From assembly GCF_018350175.1 (NCBI RefSeq), contig NC_058375.1:26660001-26724000 (forward strand): a stretch of DNA of 64,000 nt. The letters run 5' to 3'. Shown here in pieces: positions 61,386 through 64,000 of the stretch (positions within the stretch are counted from its first letter, which is position 1; each line of letters begins with the position of its first letter). The notes below the pieces were generated by a model. That model was not told the origin of the DNA. It searched no databases and saw nothing but the letters and a program-made list of their open reading frames with translations. The translations under genes and the position numbers were made by a program. Source of the DNA: Felis catus (taxonomy: Eukaryota).

Positions 61386-62369
61386 TATGACATCTTATTT
61401 AATTTCCACAATTATTCCAAGGGATCGGTACTATCCCCCCACTTCCATTTCACAGAAAAAGAAACTGAGGCTGGGAGAGGCTAACTGATCTGTCCTGGGT
61501 CACAGAGTTGGTGGTAAAACCCAAAGTCAAACTCAGTGTTGCCTCACCCCAACATCTTAGCTTTCCTCCCACCTGTGCTGTCAGCCCAGAGAAGACACCC
61601 TTATTAAAAGCCATTCTGAAGTAAACACAGTAATGAAAGTGAATTTGTCAAAAGAAGAAGAAAACAAACAAACAAAAACCTCACATGTACCCACACACTC
61701 CAGAGCAAACCAGAGTGTGGTATATGGTTTAGCCTTTTCCCCAAAGGTGAGTACTGAGTTTGTTCCAAGTCCAAGGTCAGATAAGTACAGAGTAAAGGAA
61801 GCTCCTTGAAGCCCTATGACAATTCTAGGTGCTGGTGGTATGTTCCCCATCTTACTGCATGAAGTCACCTCTCTACTATCCCAGGACACAGAGAGTTGCT
61901 CAGGTGATGAACCTCTGGGCCCAGGGAAACAGCCACTTTTGCAATTGCCTGTGCTAGCTCGGGAAGTGGAGAGTGGAGGAGTCTGGGAGGGTGCNNNNNN
62001 NNNNNNNNNNNNNNNNNNNNNNNNNNNNNNNNNNNNNNNNNNNNNNNNNNNNNNNNNNNNNNNNNNNNNNNNNNNNNNNNNNNNNNNNNNNNNNNNNNNN
62101 NNNNNNNNNNNNNNNNNNNNNNNNNNNNNNNNNNNNNNNNNNAGGCTGGCGGGGTTGTTGTTACAAATCTCACTGGGAAACCAGCTGTGTAATTCGCCAG
62201 GAGGTTGTCACTGCCCCAAGCAATTACCTTCCAGAAAAAGAATGGAAAATGGAGGAAGGAAAAGGGCTGCAGAGGAAAGAGTCAGTGTTTTCTTTTTCTT
62301 TCCCCCAGGGCCCTGCCCAGCCAAATCAGTTGCTTTTCATTTTCTGAGACCCAGGCAACTCACAAACTC

Positions 62370-62600
62370 CCTGGATCAAAGCAGTTATGGGTGCAGACTC
62401 TGTTGTCAGACTTTCTGGGTTCAAGTCCCTTTCCACTTACTCACTTGCTGTGTGTCCTTGGGCAGGTCTTAGCCTCTCATCTGTAAAATGGCAATAATAA
62501 TAGAACCATCAGAAAGGTAATAGTGATGTGATGGTTAACAAAGTGCAGTCTTTAAAGCCCTTGTACCGTACAGAATACTTAATAAAAGTAGCTCTCATTA
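62370..62600 (+). mobile_element. MIR
   Basis: ttctgggttcaagtcc..gtgtgtccttgggcagg..ctcatctgtaaaatggcaataataatag. Confidence 0.75.
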
Positions 62601-64000
62601 TCTGTCCTTTCAATTTTTTTTTAACTTCCTCTATTGGTTTACAGTGTGACCTTGGGTGGGTCACTTAATCTCTCCAGGACAACCATATGAGACCAAAGGT
62701 ATTCTGCTGGGAAAAAAGCAGTTCTTAGTCAAGGCTGTCCACACCTGGGCACCAGGGAGCCAGACGTGTTTGGCAAAAGCCAATGTCTCAGAGGTAGACA
62801 CAAAGCAATGCCTTGGGCAAAGCAAAGATAAAGATTTCAAAAATCAAATGTTATCCGATTCATGCCTCCCCCCACGAAGCTGTCTGGGAGAGCTACACGC
62901 TGGACACAATGGTCCAGATGGCAGCAAAGGGGTACAGTTGCTCTCTTGCTGGGGATCAGCCCTATCTAGTCCCCTCACACTGGAACCTATGAGGTCATCC
63001 CCATACCAGTTCCAACACAACAGAGCTTGCCACAAGCAAGGCCTGGAACTCATTTTGCTGCTGTAGTCCTGGGCTTCTGCAAGTTTCAGGCTTTGCCTAC
63101 CCATCCCCTTTCCCTGTGTCAACTTAACCAGCATGGCCAGGATTCTGCTTCAGTTTTCCTGTCCGGTCCTCCACCACCCCCTGTCCTAACAGCAGCATAT
63201 GTGGCGGGGGCTCACTACTGGGGAGCCTTAACACACAGCCAATGACCTGTAGCCCATACTGCTGTGTACATGGGTAGGCGTTCCTCCCCCAGCTGTCTGC
63301 CTCCTCCTGCATCCAGTTCTGCCTGAGCCCCCTTGACCATTTCAACACTTGGCTTTGCCCAGCTGCCTTTGGCAGCATCTCTTGTAGCTGGGCTGGTGCC
63401 CTTGTCCCTGACCTCTCTCAATCCTACCACCAGCCCTTAGGACCCCAGAGAAAAACTTCCTACACTTACTGCCCCCAGAAAATGGAGAAGGAAGGAGGAA
63501 CAGAATATTAGGAGGAAGGCTTGGGGTCTTTTTCATTCCCCTTTATTGCTTTATTTAATCAAGTCTTCCTGGGGGGTTAGGGTAGGAATTTTACAGAAAA
63601 CAGGCTTACTGCCCCAAAACACTCGAGACATTTAGGTAGAGGCAAGTCTAAATCCATCTCCTGACCCATTGGACAGTGCNNNNNNNNNNNNNNNNNNNNN
63701 NNNNNNNNNNNNNNNNNNNNNNNNNNNNNNNNNNNNNNNNNNNNNNNNNNNNNNNNNNNNNNNNNNNNNNNNNNNNNNNNNNNNNNNNNNNNNNNNNNNN
63801 NNNNNNNNNNNNNNNNNNNNNNNNNNNNNNNNNNNNNNNNNNNNNNNNNNNNNNNNNNNNNGCCCCATCCCCCAGGTACGCTCTACATCAGCCTGCTTCA
63901 TTGCCTTCATAGCACTTATTGTTCTTTGAGATTATTTTCTTTATCTGTTACATGTTTATAGTATGTCTCCTGATAGTAGAACATAAGCTGCAGGACGGCA

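Larger units (their letters stand above)
12730..63861. other. Ten assembly N-gaps
   Basis: About 12730-12874, 17554-17797, 20126-20257, 26158-26317, 45242-45371, 50853-50984, 55735-55938, 56431-56582, 61995-62142 and 63680-63861. Confidence 0.99.

Noticed and set aside
1-64000. CRISPR arrays, rRNA, operons or other prokaryotic or viral systems
   Set aside because: None seen. The window is intron-containing mammalian DNA, and the LTRs are solo MaLR relics with no gag/pol/env.

Overview
Mammalian genomic DNA, almost certainly from a cat-family (felid) species: it is full of tRNA-derived Can-SINEs of the SINEC_Fc type. Two genes lie on the minus strand. SMIM12 has a non-coding exon 1 in a CpG island at about 12.0 kb and an intact 92-aa CDS at 8783-9061. 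DLGAP3/SAPAP3 has a non-coding exon at 57845-57927, ten coding exons from about 56.5 kb down to about 17.6 kb, and a poly(A) signal at 16925-16930; its first exon lies beyond the window. All visible DLGAP3 exon boundaries are GT-AG and phase-consistent. Ten N-gaps are present. Five hit DLGAP3 coding sequence and hide the start codon, the His-rich tract and the whole last coding exon. The rest is SINE, L1, L2, MIR, MaLR-LTR and DNA-transposon relics plus microsatellites. I found no provably new gene system. The best leads are regulatory or translational: (1) a canonical REST/RE1 site beside two perfect octamers spaced 10 bp apart, just upstream of DLGAP3 exon 2; (2) an out-of-frame ATG at the exon-2 boundary of SMIM12 that opens a 63-codon overlapping ORF; (3) three near-consensus CTCF motifs in divergent and convergent arrangement around the DLGAP3 3' end and the SMIM12 promoter; (4) adjacent miR-101 and miR-128/miR-27 8mer sites in the DLGAP3 3' UTR; (5) upstream ATGs in DLGAP3 exon 2. 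Repeat family names and all comparisons to human or rodent orthologues come from memory, not from a search. Exon numbering follows my recollection of the human gene.
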